Assembly: GCF_964204645.1 (NCBI RefSeq)
Contig: NC_134035.1
Span: 10,200,451-10,264,450, forward strand
DNA from: Tubulanus polymorphus
Taxonomy: Eukaryota > Animalia > Nemertea
Reading direction: 5' to 3'
DNA: 64,000 nucleotides
The notes under the pieces are model-generated. The model ran no database searches and was not told the DNA's origin. It worked only from the letters and a program-made list of their open reading frames with translations. Position 1 is the first letter of the stretch. The number at the start of each line of letters is the position of its first letter. A program made the translations under genes and the position numbers. Of the stretch, positions 14,170 through 28,672 are shown piece after piece.

Positions 14170-14250
14170 TCGTCCCCTGGCAGGGCTTCGAACCTGATGG
14201 CATCGAGGCGTGCCACGAAACCCTGCCACACTAGACCGAGTGCCCAGCAA
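14170..14250 (-). mobile_element. tRNA-derived SINE head / degenerate tRNA
   Basis: Minus strand has A-box-like CGGTCTAGTGTGG and B box GGTTCGAAGCC (14194-14184); no intact cloverleaf. Confidence 0.55.
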
Positions 14251-15136
14251 CATGCCCAGCTTAGATGATGTCATTACTTCAGACAAAAACCATGAGACAT
14301 AAAGTATGTAAGACTTTTTTTTAAAGCGGTACTCTCGTAAAGAACAAGTTGAGAGAATTACTTCGAGTACCTTCATCAAAAAGGACACTAAATATCTAAA
14401 CTAAGAGGCTGTCTGTACATGGGCCTATGGCCTTCTTTGATGGCAAATAATTGATGTGATAGGCTATGATATCATTGATATATGAAGGAAAATGTTCAAA
14501 TTAATCAGTAACATCAGAAAAATTTCTGATAAATTTCCTGATAAAATAAAGTTACAAAATACTGATTATCATTAACATTAGGCAGCTCTGCATTACCTAG
14601 AAGGTTTTCGGGATTGATTACTCGTGGAAGGATTTGAAAATGCTACGAACTTTTTGAGGACACTAGAATCGCTCATAAAAAAATGATACGGCAAATGTAT
14701 GGTCTAGATACGCCAGTGGAATTTTTAAAGTTGAAAATTACGAATATGAATACGACAGCTACGCTGATGATACGGCGGAAGAATCGTGATCGCTATCAAC
14801 ATCAGCTCCGTCACCAGAAGATGCCTCATTTATATAAATTATCGCTAAAAGCGAATGAAAATGTCGTATTTTTCTTCACTCTAATCGAAATCTTACACGA
14901 TCTTGCATCATCGACTACTACGACCGAACGAACGACGTAATATTTCCAATTATATCGATATACTTCGACTTCAAACCGCGCGTTCTCGGGCGAAGACAAA
15001 CATAGAACCGCGGGCGGCGAGCGGTGGAACGCGCGCTCTGTACGGTCGCGTTTACAACTTCCCTCCGCGTGATCGCTTTGAAACTTCAATTAAACTTAAA
15101 GAAATCAATCAGCAGCGTGATGTATACTAGAATGTC

Positions 15137-15492
15137 GAGAGGGAAGGGGAGCTAGGGAGGGACGAGAAAGGGAGGAGACAGGGAGAGAAGATTAAGAGAG
15201 GCAGAGGGAGATAGAGAGGGAGAGGAAATGGAGAGGGATGAAAGAAATAGACGAGGGTATAGCGGAAAGAGAGAAGAGGAGGGCGCAAGAACTGGAGAGG
15301 GAGGAGAGGGAGAGGAAAAAGAGGGAGGAGAGGAGGGAAGGAGAGGAAATAGGAGGAAGGAGAAGGGGAGAGAGGAGGACAGGGAGTGAGAGGAAATAGA
15401 GAGGGATAGGAGAGGGAAGAGAGAAATAGAGAGATAAAGGAGAGAGTAGAAGGGGAAATAGAGGGAGTCAAGAAAGAGAGGGAGGAGAAGGG
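15137..15492. repeat. Degenerate polypurine tract
   Basis: G/A-rich low complexity on the + strand. Confidence 0.9.
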
Positions 15493-17619
15493 CGAATCCT
15501 GCGGGAATACACATGACAACTTCGATACTATGACGCAATATCGATTTCACTCGATTCTCGAAATTCGAGACGAACGAAGATGTCACGAGCGAAGAAAAAA
15601 AACTAACACACATCCGTCTTTGACAAACAGGAAACAAGTTTGCGCCGGAGTGGTAAAGACCCATGTCACGTCGGTGCCGCTAGTAGTAGATAAGTCGAAG
15701 AACGCACGACGCGGGGTGACGATTGATTTTCGAGAGAACGTTCGTTCGTTTGAAAACGTATTTTACGCGTCTGCGATATTCGTTCTCGTTTGCGCATCAG
15801 CCGTCATCGTCGATGCTGCGTAGTTTACGTTTGTAAAAAGCGGATTAACGAAATCTTCGCCAGTAATGAACAGCGCAGTGCTGCGAGGTCGATTTTTTTT
15901 TAAGGGTGAAATCGATGAACGAATAAATGAATGAAATAGCGCCAGGCTGCTGTTTGTCAGGATAGCGTTGAAAATACTCAGTCATGTCTATGTATTTTCT
16001 AAAGACAGACAGACGACAAAATTTTGGCATCTTAAACTAATCGGATGAAAATTTCTGACGACTTCTGGCGTCGTTTTCAGGGGCAAATCTTTTGTTTCTG
16101 CGCAGAAAACATGTCCCGCACAGAGCAACTGCCAACACACTAAGCCGAAATTAAATACCGACGCACGATAACGGTTTGCATCCCTTCTTTCTCAATCAGG
16201 AAAATGAAGAAATGAGAGAGATTTGTCGAGAAGAAACTTACATTTCTGTTTGGGGCGCTAGGAAATCTAGACAGTAGCCACGATCACATGGACATGATTT
16301 GGCTGAAAAAGTATGTACAGGGTATATAGGCGGCCGGCCAGTAAACTTTCATAACTCAGCTGAAATGAGAAACAAGGTATCAATTTTCAGCCTAATTTTC
16401 CTGTTTTTTTTTTTTTGAGAAATGAAGTAAACGTTGTTAAATCGGATTTTCTTCTAATTTTCTATAAAAGAGAAATAAAGTGAACATCGTCGATTAAAGA
16501 AGAGCGCAATCGTTCCCCGGTAGACGCCGCCGATTCAATTGACACACAAACCGACCCGGCCACGCCGCAACGCGAAACCATGACAACAACGACAAGCTGT
16601 GTTAAAACACAGAGTAATTCTATAATTGCGATTTACCGATACATATTTTTGCATTAATCGACGACGAATGCCGGCGTTCTCGCGTTCGTTCGCGTTCCGT
16701 GATTTAATCCGATCGACGAGAATTGAACTCAGCCGTGACAATACGAAAGCTGCCGTTGACGTCGTAGTCGGCGCGGTGACTACGAATAAAACATAAAACA
16801 TAAATAAATGCCCGACGATAGACGGTATAAATATAAATATAAGTAAGGCGTACGTACGCTTTTAAATGTTGTTGTCACGGCCGTTGTCGCCATGGAAATT
16901 AATGGCCGCTCTAAACCGGCCGTTCGGTAACCAGTCACATCGCACGGAAACCGAACATCATGCGATTTGCAGCGACTCAGTCGTGTGTCTTTTGTCATCG
17001 GCATCTCGAGATGTTTATACTATCAAATGGACGTGAAAAAGCAAAAAGAAATGTTACTCAAGCCGTGATCATGCTTTCGCTAGATAAGCCGCGATTGCAC
17101 TGGCATTTTTGGCCGGTGCCGAACTTGGCCATTGCCAAAATTGTCAGATCGGGTCCGAGCAAAATTCTAGAACAGGTCAAATTAAGAAGTCTAAATACTG
17201 AAGCGCGAATGTAGTTATAGTAGAAAAAAAGATCAAAGCATGAAGTTGAGTCCGTGCGGTCACTATCACAAACCTGAGAGTGGATTAAGTGGAATTTGAT
17301 TGATAGACGTTGTAACGCGTAATGCCAGCCTCGCGTTATCGTCGTCGTCATAAAGATAGATTTCATAATTTCTCGGCTATCCGCCGCGGATTTAATGTCA
17401 CGGATGGGTTCGAAAATTTTCAAACTCGAACGAGCAGAAGACGTGAGACGATAAATCGTGATGTAAATAAGTGACACTTGAACGAGACGGTGCAACCACT
17501 TATACATAACACATCAATACGCAGTTCAACTTCTCCCTTAGTCGACCAACTTCATCCATTCGGCTGTCAATATTCTTTTATAATTTTTGTAATTGTTGCA
17601 CATAAAAAGAAAACTAAGA

Positions 17620-18030
17620 TATAATGATATATCTAAAAGATTGATTAGTCCATAAAAAACTTATCTATGAAGTGAATTTTGTGTGATTCAATGAAATGTT
17701 TCATATGAAAGCAGATGGATTTCTATTTCAGACTCATTAGTTAATTAACGCATTCCACTGATTTCAATTAACACACATTAGTTAACCATTAGGTTTAATT
17801 AGTTGATCAATTAACTAATTAATTGGTTGGTATAAACGTAGACAAAACTCTTTGAATTCTTGAGAGTTGACAAAGATGTATAGCTGTCCTACTCATTTAT
17901 TTGATTGGTAAAATTGATTTGAATTAACGTGTGATTTTGTGTCCCTTACAATCCAACACAACTGTCGGGAGTAAAACAGGGCTGTTTTAGTTGTAAGGCT
18001 AACAACTGATTCTTGTAATATGTTCTTGAT
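17620..18030 (+). repeat. ~400-bp dispersed repeat, inverted copy at ~23950-24380
   Basis: TTAGTTAACCATTAGGTTTAA...AATTAACTAATTAATTGGTTGG and AAAACAGGGCTG match the reverse complement of 24180-24232 and 24010-24022. Confidence 0.7.
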
Positions 18031-18997
18031 GAAATTCACATCACAATTTTCACTCGTGATGAGGTACTTACTCTACGAGGTAGTACGATTGTGTGACTTA
18101 GATGAAGAATCATCTATTCCAATAATCATTTTTCTCATAATCAACCAATGCCAGAATCATGTATGATTTTTCCACTAAGTCATTCTGTTATCATTTTTCT
18201 AAGCATAATCAACACTTAATTTAATGGAAATTTCAGTTACAGAAAAATAGCAATGGAAGGAAAGTTTTAGTGAAACTTGTTTAGGCTCATTTTCAATCTG
18301 CGAAGATGGAAATAAAATCATTGATTCGGCATAGAACAATCTGAAGATCGTCTTCCAGGTTTTTAGAGATGAAATGCACTGAAGCATTAGTCATCCCGGT
18401 GAATCTTAACTTTTAGTTTCCTGTATTGCGTCACAGGCGGGAAAAAAGCGAGGCATCCGACGGTGACAGACGACAGAATTGAATGCAGAATAAACAGCAC
18501 GGATGCGGTTGTTCGAAAGTTTGTATTGTTCTCGAAAAGAGCAATCGAAATTGAAAAAAAAAGCGCGAAACCTAGCTCGGCGCTCGTTCGCCGCGGTTGT
18601 TGTAACCCAAACTCTGATGAACCGTGTATTGACACAGGATGTTTGAGTATGTACTACGAGCAGGAGAAACGTGATATACAGGTAAATGACGACGTAATAT
18701 TTGTTTTCCTAAAAGAGAAAAGAGTCGTAAGTCGGACTGTCAACAATGACGCAAAAAGCCATTGCTCATACATGATCCAGCGGACTTGCATTAGATGTTT
18801 TTATGTTGTTCATCCAGTGAAAACCGATGCTGATGAAATTAACCCAAACCAGTAATCCGAAGTCAGGGACCGGTTATGACCGTATGATCCATAGAACTTG
18901 TATTGAATGTTCTGAAATTGGTAAGTCTGTCCATGTCCTGAAATCCCACAATACAAAAGGACAAGCGAGTTCGAGATGGTTTCGTTAGGCTAGTAGC

Positions 18998-19092
18998 TTA
19001 TTTCAACGTATCCACTATATCCTACTAGTCATCTTCAGGAATACAATTCTTGAAGATGACTATTAGGATATGGCCCGAAATGGTGAAATAAA
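18998..19092. mobile_element. Palindromic insert with degenerate hammerhead motif (Penelope-like terminus)
   Basis: TAGTCATCTTCAGGAAT aca ATTCTTGAAGATGACTATTAGGATATGGCCCGAAA; same family as 42035, 50925 and 37320. Confidence 0.6.
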
Positions 19093-22000
19093 CCATGGAA
19101 GACCTTTTTGGAATCTTTTTTTTATTTGTCTGTCAAATATGATTAAATTCATTCAGACCAGTCTTAAAGTTAGGGACTATTCGCAGTAATCAGACTAAGT
19201 TAGACAAAGTGAGTTTTTCACGTTAAGACTGGTCTTAAAAAGATAGACTGTGGCTATAGAACTAAAAATAAGCTTAAATCTAAGCTTGGCTGTTAAAATG
19301 GGCTTGGTGTTAAATCTAAGAATTTTCTGTGAATCTAAGTCCTAGGTAAATAGTCATGACTATTTAATTCACTGATAATATAACCAACCCTAAAGCTTAA
19401 GACATGCAGTCGAGTTAAAAACCTTGCATCGGTTGCATCAACTGAAGACGTGAAATTGAAGTCGAATTTGAAGATTTTGCTCGTAAAAACGTACACGACA
19501 CGGGCAGCAATACGAGATATTTGATTAATTTCTTTGAAATCTAGATTAATGAACTCAATATTGCGAAATCGCAGCTTTTCAAAGCTACAATCATCGACGA
19601 ACCGACGGGTTCCGTTGCGGAATCGTTCCGGCGATATCATACGTAAGCCATGCCCGGCGGGCGCCTCGCGCTCAGAAATCTCCGCATCGCGTTCCCGCCC
19701 GTCTGCGAAATGTATTTTGAACTTTTAATTAGCGAAATTTTCCCGAGCGACGAACGACGTTCAAAGCCGTTTACGAATCGAATATCAAGCATACATGAAA
19801 GTCATAAATATCCGCTAATCTCGAATGAGAGGGGCTCCGGCGCGTGCGCACGCGTGTGCCCCGTAATCCCTAGCGATTTAGAATCAAAGTCACATTCGCG
19901 CGCGCTTCGATGATGCGGATACATGTGCGGCGGCCATGGCTGAGAAAAATAAGTGGACTTAATAAACATATGACGAACATTGGTCTCCGCAAGTACATAC
20001 AATATGAGAGAACATAAATGGCATAGGGCAATAATCTTTCTTTAAAACTGTGGCGAGTCAAGATAAATTAGCCTTACTTTATCTACTTCGAGAAATTATG
20101 GTGGCGATTACTTGATCTTAAACCTACACTTTAGGGAGGTGCATAAATATTTTATCGCGGTGGTCATTTGGTACGAACGCGACCTTTTAAGTACAGAGCA
20201 AATACAGTACAGTCAGATGGATCTGAAATCGTACATCCAGAGGCCCGTCTCGCGGTTATGGCTTCGATTTAAAACCAGTCTGAGACCTCTTAAGATGTTA
20301 GTTCCAAGACCGAATCTCGGATTTAATTCCTGATTGAGTGCAGCAACTGACAGCAGGATGACGCAAACAGCTAATTATGATGACGGATAGACAGATGTTT
20401 TTATCAGTTTGAGAAGTTGATTAACACAATTGTTGATATATAGAAACTAAATCTCATCATCTGAAAAACATGAATTATGTAGGATGGTTTATACAAACAT
20501 GAGCCGTGGATTTTGAAAGTCTCAACACTAATCTAAAGATGAATTCACAGAGTAATCAAATCAAGTCGGTTTTTAAAAACGGAACGTCTTTTCACGCAAG
20601 AAACGTGCTATTAAGTTACTAGAAGTATCAATTAACAGACGAGGCTTTCTGGTTGTCGCTAATTGCGTTAATAATTCTAGTATATCACTTAAAAACCTTT
20701 AAAACTATACGTTCGCCGAGGGAAGGTCTCGAGTATCTCTCTCCAGGGAGGTGGTGGTAGTAGATCTTCTGTTCATTGTATATTTCAGTGATTACGATTA
20801 TACGACGGGCGCGGCGTACTGCGTCATGCGTGTCGGTATGTAAAAACATTGATATAAATCCGTATTTGCGCCGCGAGATTGCCCGAGGAGCCGAACCGAG
20901 CATTCACCGTGCGCATCGACGACGACGACGGTCACGGGCGAAAAAAAAGCTATGTATATCGAACTACGACGACGTCGTCGCATTTCGCCATACGCCGAAT
21001 GATAATAAGACCTAGTAGGGAAATACATCGCCTGATGCATACAAATTTCTGCCGCGAATCGATAAGAAAAATATGCATTTCTTTGTTCGATAAAAGGAAT
21101 CTAGTGATATCGCTACCGAATCTAGTGATATCACTACCGTATTATACTAACGGGAATATGAAGTCGCCATATCGGGGGGGGGGGGAGGGGGGATGTGTAA
21201 GCTGGAATTCGTAACGAGTACAGCAGCGTCAAAATCATGCAAATTATGGTATCAGAAGCATAAGTGTTTGAACACATAAGATCTCCCACAATCAGTTCAG
21301 AAAAAGACAAAAAGTTCTCGTAGTAAATGAATGTTTGAGCAATATACTAATAACCTACTAACATCAGTATGCCCGATGATGTGTTCGATTTAAGTGTTTG
21401 AAATATGAATATCATTTCAATCTTTTCTCAAGAAGGGTTGAATGCTCATCAGAAGCCGAAACAGAAAGAACCTTTCTTAAAAGTAGATTTTAAAGTATAT
21501 ATATTCTAAATGAAGTATAACTAATGAATTTCATTTTCACTAAAAGAGATTTAGATGAAATGGTTTGTCACCTGATGAAAGTCCTAGGGTATGAAGATTG
21601 AAGGGTTAAGATTATTAGAACTGATCAGTAGATATTTCAATAACGTTTATCCGTTCAATAACAGGTTCTCGAGAGTCAAAATTAATCGATTTCCTATTTT
21701 TCGATCCCGCAATGGAGGTACAGGTGCAGGGATTACTTACATCACGCCGTGTATGCCGTAACCCGGCGTCGCTGTTAAAGGGTTAAGCTCATCGGAAATG
21801 GTCGATGTTTCGGAATGATTACTGTCTTACGCAATAAGAACCATAAAAAGCTGCGAGCCGATCGGATCGAGCGCTCGCGCGCGCACAAGGAGGCGAACGC
21901 CGGCGCAAAACAGCCGAGTTATTTTTAAGCTAATAGAAATTCTGCGCGGTTATACGGTGTAAAAAATCTTTGTCGGCGCAGAGCAAATAATGCCAATTTC

Positions 22001-22668
22001 GTTTCTACCTGAGGAGACAGAACCCGTACTAGTGGTTTACTACTAGTATGTGGCGCGAATACCAAACAAGCGACGAGGCCACGGCGAATACGATCATTGT
22101 TTCATCAATCAATGCTCCGACGTCGTCGTGTACAGTACAAAAATCACAAATCATCACTGAAACGATGGCACGAGGCTATTACTGGTAGTATTGCTAGTAA
22201 CGATCGCCCGGTTCTCGGTGGACAGCGCTGATGATGGACATTGAAGTATCAGCTGCATACCAGCAGCGCGATGTATCCCGATATCTGCTCATCAACCAAC
22301 GATTGACGATTGACGTTTCGACTCGCGTCGCGTGACCATCCCTGAATTTCACCGAATTTTTCCATGTTACAACGCGAAATTCCCCGATTCTACGATTAAT
22401 TTATTTTTCGAGAAAAATTTTTTTTGAAATTGCTCATAGCATTTGAGTCGAAATGTCAATCCTGTTTTACACTCAAACCCGCTTAGTTAGGATCAGCTTG
22501 ATCTGGTTTCAGATCTAATCCGGATATCATTTACATCCTATTCTTATATATAATATATAAACCAGAATTCTCGATAACCGGTTTTATTTCATTAGTCCAA
22601 ACTCATCCCAATCAAGCAGGTTCTACTGTAATTCTACTGCGTAGTGGTTGGTGTAGTATTTTTCTCAC

Positions 22669-22900
22669 CAAAGTTTTGCGCGGTGCCTAGTTTTGACGAA
22701 GTGAAAAGTGCGCGCGCGGGGTTTGCGTGTGAACGATGCGAGACGCTGCGCTCGTGTGTATGACCAGCACGCGAAACGTCGAGAGAGAGAGAGATAGAGA
22801 AAGCAGAAAATAAAGTGCTCCGATTCGCATAAATATAAAAATACCCGACATTCTATTCCCAACAGCTCGATATACACGGTGTCTGCATCCATCGTAAATT
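22669..22900 (-). other. Candidate 5' non-coding exon in a CpG-rich block
   Basis: Minus-strand donor TTG|GTgaga at 22668 with an internal (CT)n run; the 5' boundary is not defined. Confidence 0.3.
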
Positions 22901-23374
22901 AGAATCAAATCCGAGTTATTGTGTCGGATTTTTTTCGCGCCGACGATGCGTACTTATTTCGCGACGATTCGACGACGAAAACGTAATTGCGTTCGCCGGC
23001 CGCTAAAACCGCACGGATTTCGCGCGAACGCCGACGGAAATTAAGTCACCGGGTCATTTTTTGATCGTATATCGCGGGTGCCGCCGCCGAACGGAAAACG
23101 AACGTTTCGTAATCCGCGCGTTTTCTCGTTTTCGAAAAACTCATCGTTTCGCCGTTAAACGATCCGCGCTTCCAATCGCTAGTCGTAGTACTCTACGCGA
23201 CGATAATGGATGCACAATTTACGGAATCGTATTTCGACGAATCCGCGTCGCTGCTTCAGCTGCGGCGACTGGAACGCCGAGAATCCGCGCGGATGATTCA
23301 TTCGTAAAATTCGCGGTCGGCGCCGATAGTAGTTACCGCCGCTGCCGCCGCCATTCTCCTTGGGCTGCCCTCAA

Positions 23375-23386
23375 AGGTCAAGGTCA
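23375..23386 (+). promoter_or_regulatory. Nuclear-receptor DR0 element AGGTCAAGGTCA (contains TCAAGGTCA, the NR5A/ERR-type site)
   Basis: Perfect consensus in a CpG-dense, non-repeat block. Confidence 0.4.
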
Positions 23387-23718
23387 AATTGCGCCATTGA
23401 TCCGGTGTCATTTTTACGCGAACGCACCGCGGTATCGCCATCGCCGCCGCCGCGCTCGGCGTTACAGTTGCGCCGAGTGTTATTTGCTGAAAGCGACGAT
23501 GGATTGCTGCTCGAGTGTGTGCCTAGGGAACAATGTACGCCGTAACAACTGACCAATTAAATCTCGTACGTAACGCAAACGACGCCGGCCGACGGACATG
23601 ACGAAAATACGCAGCAGTGATTTAACACCGGGCGACAAGGCAAACTGATAACCCGTAAACTGAGAATAACAATCGAGATGGGGATCGTACCACTTTACTA
23701 TCCAACTATCCAACCAAA

Positions 23719-23721
<3 letters not shown>

Positions 23722-23794
<73 letters not shown>

Positions 23795-23810
23795 TATACA
23801 TATACATATA
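23722..23810. repeat. (TA)n microsatellite
   Basis: Directly visible. Confidence 0.95.
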
Positions 23811-25014
23811 AGCTTCTTAGTTTTCCTTTGTTGACAAAAGGCATTATATCTGAAAAGAAGATTCTCACTCATCTAAGACACGCATCTCGTAGAGTACCTC
23901 ATCATACGGTTATTATATATGGAGTGAATATTGAAATGCGGACTTCTTCAATGAAGAATCTGGTTTGATTCGATTCATATAAGAATCAATAGCTAGCCTT
24001 GAAGCTATTACAGCCCTGTTTTTTGTAACCCAGCCGGTGAGGTGGGTCCGTAAAGGACCCGAAATCATGCTAATTTGAATCACACTTACCTATCAAAAAA
24101 GAGGGACAGCTATCCCTATTCTGACAACCCATAAGAATTCAAACAGATTCCCAAAGAGCTTCATCTGCATTAAAGTCAGCCAACTAATTAATTAGTTAAT
24201 TTATCAACTTATTAAATCTAATGGTTAACTAATGCTTGTAATTGAAATTTATCAAATGTATTAATCAGCTAATTGGTCCGAGATAAAAATCTTAGAAAAT
24301 GAAACAGCTGCCTGTTTTTATAGGAAACAGCAATAATTCGGCGAATTCATCAATAAATTTTCATCTATAAATCTACTTTAGCATGGATAGTAACCCTGCT
24401 CCGTGGTGTGACATCAATCCCAAAGTCGGCGATATGGTCATACATACGCCTTCACAAATTCAGCAGTTATCTCACAATATTCAACAAATCTCCCTTCGAG
24501 ATGTATTATTACGTATTCATTTCTTTCTGTTGTCACAACAGTCGTTAGACATAAATAAATCACAGACATAAATATAAGAAAATAGAACATAAAAAAAGAA
24601 CGAGCGAGTACTTGAATAATATCGAAGATGGCAGTTTGTCTTCTATGTAAGATTACCGGCAAAGTGGTGACATTTTACATCAAGAGAAACCATCTAAAAA
24701 TATAACCTTTTCACAAAGGTAACCAAGAATATCATCAATAAAAATACATCCAGTTCGAATTAAAAATACAACAGACTTATTGTCTATCTTACAATAAGCC
24801 ACGCAGTGATTTACTTTTTGCAGATGGACGAACAATTTTGACCTTAAGCACAGCCTGCATTCGGACCTTGTAACCATTTATCAAAAATCGAAATTATATT
24901 CATGATTTTATTACAAATACATGGTGTTCTACACACACAATGTCAAATAATTACATACTTAAGTTTAGGTAAATTTCTAAGGTGACTCAGATTGGCCTCC
25001 TGGCATTACTACCT

Positions 25015-26099
25015 GGTCAATATGTAATCTCGTCAAAGGATGGGCTGCATTTTTGTTGCATTCAAAAAAAACAAAGCGAACTACTGCATTCTAAGATGTA
25101 AGGGGTTCGGCGGACGAAAGGAAACTTCATTTCTCTGACCCAGCATCCGATTGCCGACAGGAAATGGAAATTCACAAAGCGAAAATGATTATTTTTACAC
25201 TTTTGAAAAATACACAATCGGTTGAAAAGACTGCGGTTTGACCCGTGGTCAGTTAGTTCAGCGTAAAGAATTCGAAACAATGCCCCCTGAGAACTTATTT
25301 TTAAACGCGCAGAGAAAAACGCATTAAAAAACACTATTCAGATTCAATCTACATACGAACTATAGACATTCTATTATTCAAATCAATGAATGTAGTATTA
25401 TTCAGAATGGACAATGGTCAGATTCCGCCAGCGGTGAAAAAAGACCAGTTCCGCGCATCAAAAGCCAGTCGAATTATCGCCAACAATATATTCTTTTCTT
25501 GCCCGGGTTGCTGGTCAGTTTCGTACATTATCATCATATCGAGAATTAATACAGATCTTATTTGTAATCAAATCATGACGGGTCAGCAATCGGTCAGTGC
25601 TCCGCGCTACCCGGGACAGCTGCGCTGGTCAAATCGGAGACGTTCATTGTACTTCGAGCAAAAAGATGCTGACCGCCCTATAATCTGGTTACTGCATATT
25701 TATATACGAGGGGACATGTACTGACCTCTTGACCCATGGTCAAAAAATCTCAGCCGAGACAAAAGTGCTTTCGGACTCCTATGATGAGCGCTTTGTCGGC
25801 GCTCGGCCAGCCGGATCAAGATGCTGACCGCAACATGCTTGCATATTCCGAGAGACATTCTCTATAACATGTAACCTCTCCGGACAATAAAAGCGCGAAG
25901 GACAAAAACCGATTCGTCGCATTAAAAAACACATCGCGTTCGATATTTGTAGCGACAAAACTTCTTTCGGTTATTAATTGACCACAACGATGATGGACAG
26001 AAGCTAACCGGACAAAAGAACGACGAAAAAATTACGGTCACCGACGACGACCAGCTGTCGTCCAGTTCGACCGGTCGCGAATTCATTCATTGTTGGTCA
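25015..26099. promoter_or_regulatory. Homotypic cluster of GGTCA/TGACC half-sites, including a DR2 (TGACCTctTGACCC, 25722-25735)
   Basis: 16 GGTCA/TGACC pentamers counted in ~1.1 kb. Confidence 0.4.
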
Positions 26100-27854
26100 G
26101 TTGTCGGGGATCTTTTCTCGCCCGAGTTTTCGTCGTTGTTTCGTCATTTTGTTGAATTTTTTTTGGCGGCACGTTTTTTCGATCGGCGGACAAAAAAACG
26201 CGCACACGACCGCCGACAATAGACGCGTAGAGAGGCGAACTCCTTGAAAGGGTAAAAAATTTGAAACACTGATTTGCGAACGGCTAAAACGACTATGGGC
26301 GAAAAAATAACAATAAAGGAAGGTAACGAGTGTGTTTGTGTGACAGGTCTTAACGCACGAAATGGCAAGCAGCGACAAAAGGCACGCGAAATCAGTGTTT
26401 TCGACGAAAATAAGAAATTCCACCAAGAAGCTACATTAGTCAGCCCGGCAGAACATTTGTCTGGTTCGTTTTATCCCTGATTATAACTAATGATATATTC
26501 ATTTTCATTATATTACACGCCACACTCAATAACCTACTTACTGAGAAATTTACTCAACCTGTTCCCCTTGTATAAATATATACCCTTTGTTTTAGTTATT
26601 TCTTCACACTATAGAGAGAATCCGAAATTTCAGTTTCATTCTTGATAAATAAATTTCTTTTCAGAATTTGTATATACTGGGTTTTACGGACCTGACTTAT
26701 GCAACGCAGTCACAACACCTGACTGGTCACCACAACTAAATGGACACCACACTGACCACAAGACCAACTTTCAAACACTGAGTTTAAACACATCTCGAGT
26801 TGCAATAAAGGTCTCTCAATAGTTAGTAGTTTTATTTCAATCTTTTTCATATTCTAGTTTTGCCTTCATTGCTGAAACCAAGATCTTTTTATACAATTCG
26901 CTATAAATGAACAGATTGACGATCAGATTGCCGACTTCGTTCTACGCTTCATCTTTGTGCGAGACATATGAAATTCACTAAAACTTTGAAGACGAGACGA
27001 CTAAAACGTTCTTCACAAAAGATTCAACATAATAAAACCGACAAAAAAAATTCACGAAAATACTTCGAAATATTCTAAAGGCGCCGAAAACGGTAAATGT
27101 CGAAGCTATTGAAAATTTGCGAACGACGACGACGGAGAATTTTTCGAAAAATCAATGGAAATATTTTTGAACGCTCGATATCAGGGGGAATCCAATACTA
27201 CTTCTACGAATGATTCGGCTGCCGGAGACGTAATATAATTTCCTTCAGAAATTGATTTATGTTTGCGGGTCCGACCCGGCGCATGTATATGATTACAATT
27301 GATTCGACGAATGCCTTTTCCAAGTTCTTAATTTCAGACAGGAAATTCACCGCGTTGCCGATATTTTTGTCAACATCGATCGCCGACTCACCAGCCCCGC
27401 CGTTACGCATATATAACCACCCATCGACAGACCTGTGATGACAATATCAACTACCTAAACGCCCCGCATCTTTTTTCATATCCAACGCATAAATCTAGAA
27501 ACATTATTATGCTTTTATCTGTAGTAATAAGTCCCTTCAAATTGTCTGGGAAGAAATACAGTTTATAGATATTAGAGAAATACTAACCAGAATACATGTA
27601 TTTAGTAAGCTAAAAATCCAAAAGATTTCAAATATTCTTTTTTCAAGTTTAGCTTCGAAGATGAATTTCATTGTTGGTGGAAAAGTTACCATATTAGGAC
27701 AAACGATTCCCGGCAGTTGGACTGAACTAAATAAGAGAATTATGTGGTATTGATTGCCAATGAGAGTATTTAACGATCAGTCACAACACCTGACTGGTCA
27801 CCACACTGACCACTGGTAACATACAAGAGTAACTTTCAAACTTCCACACAAATC

Positions 27855-27915
27855 GGGTGGCAGAGTGGATAAACTCAAAGGGTTACAACACAGGAGGTCC
27901 CAGGTTCTAGTCCCT
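27855..27915 (+). mobile_element. tRNA-derived SINE head / degenerate tRNA
   Basis: A box TGGCAGAGTGG (27858-27868) and B box GGTTCTAGTCC (27903-27913) at tRNA-like spacing. Confidence 0.55.
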
Positions 27916-28672
27916 TCTAAACCAGAGTTATTCTTGGCATTTTTTCACTTAATAGTAAAAATATGAATAAAAAGTACTTTTCTGATTTGAATATCAATCT
28001 TTTTTTTTAATTCTTGTCTTGCCGTCTTTGTTTGGATAAAGAACTGCTTTCGAATATTGCTGGCTACAGTGCCGTTAGAATACTAATATTTTTCATATCG
28101 CATGCAGAACTGTCGACGACAAAGACATCTTTTTCATATAATCTTCCGTTGGACATATTAAGTGCGAGAGGCCAACATCAAAGACCGCTCGCTGCTGCAA
28201 AATAGAGTTACGCAATGGCTCGGAGGGCGGTTTCAGCAACGTGCCCATCTGCTATCCTCAGATATAATCAAATACTAGTCAGCTACTTTCATGTTGAAAG
28301 TGTTTTGCGCTCGCCTCATTTTTTTGTGGTGAACCCCTTTCATGTGGTCAGCCAATTTATTATCGTTAAAAAGTACGAGAAGAGTAATATTTCTAGCACT
28401 GCCAGTTCAGTTTCCTTATGGGTTAAAAAGAAAATATTCATCCACCAAATATTCCACGAGCGTAGAGCAGAATACCTCGTACACGCAATTCATCTGAAAA
28501 TGGATTTTAAGAATGGATTCTAAATAATCTTCATGAATTTCATCCTGATGATGATGATTCCCTTCGCAAGAGCTAATTTGATTAAGGGTTTTAATCAATA
28601 ATTAAAATCTAAATATTCTCATACGAAAAATGTAAAATTCCACAAATGTTGAAAAAGTTTGTCACCCTTCTT

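Noticed and set aside
21570-21605. CTGATGA-AAGTC...GATT-GAAG hammerhead-like motif
   Set aside because: Weak stem II, no GAAA, no stem I pairing and no flanking inverted repeat
25770-25810. GAGCGC/GCGCTC hairpin after ATGAT
   Set aside because: Lacks both CTGANGA and GAAA, so it is not a hammerhead
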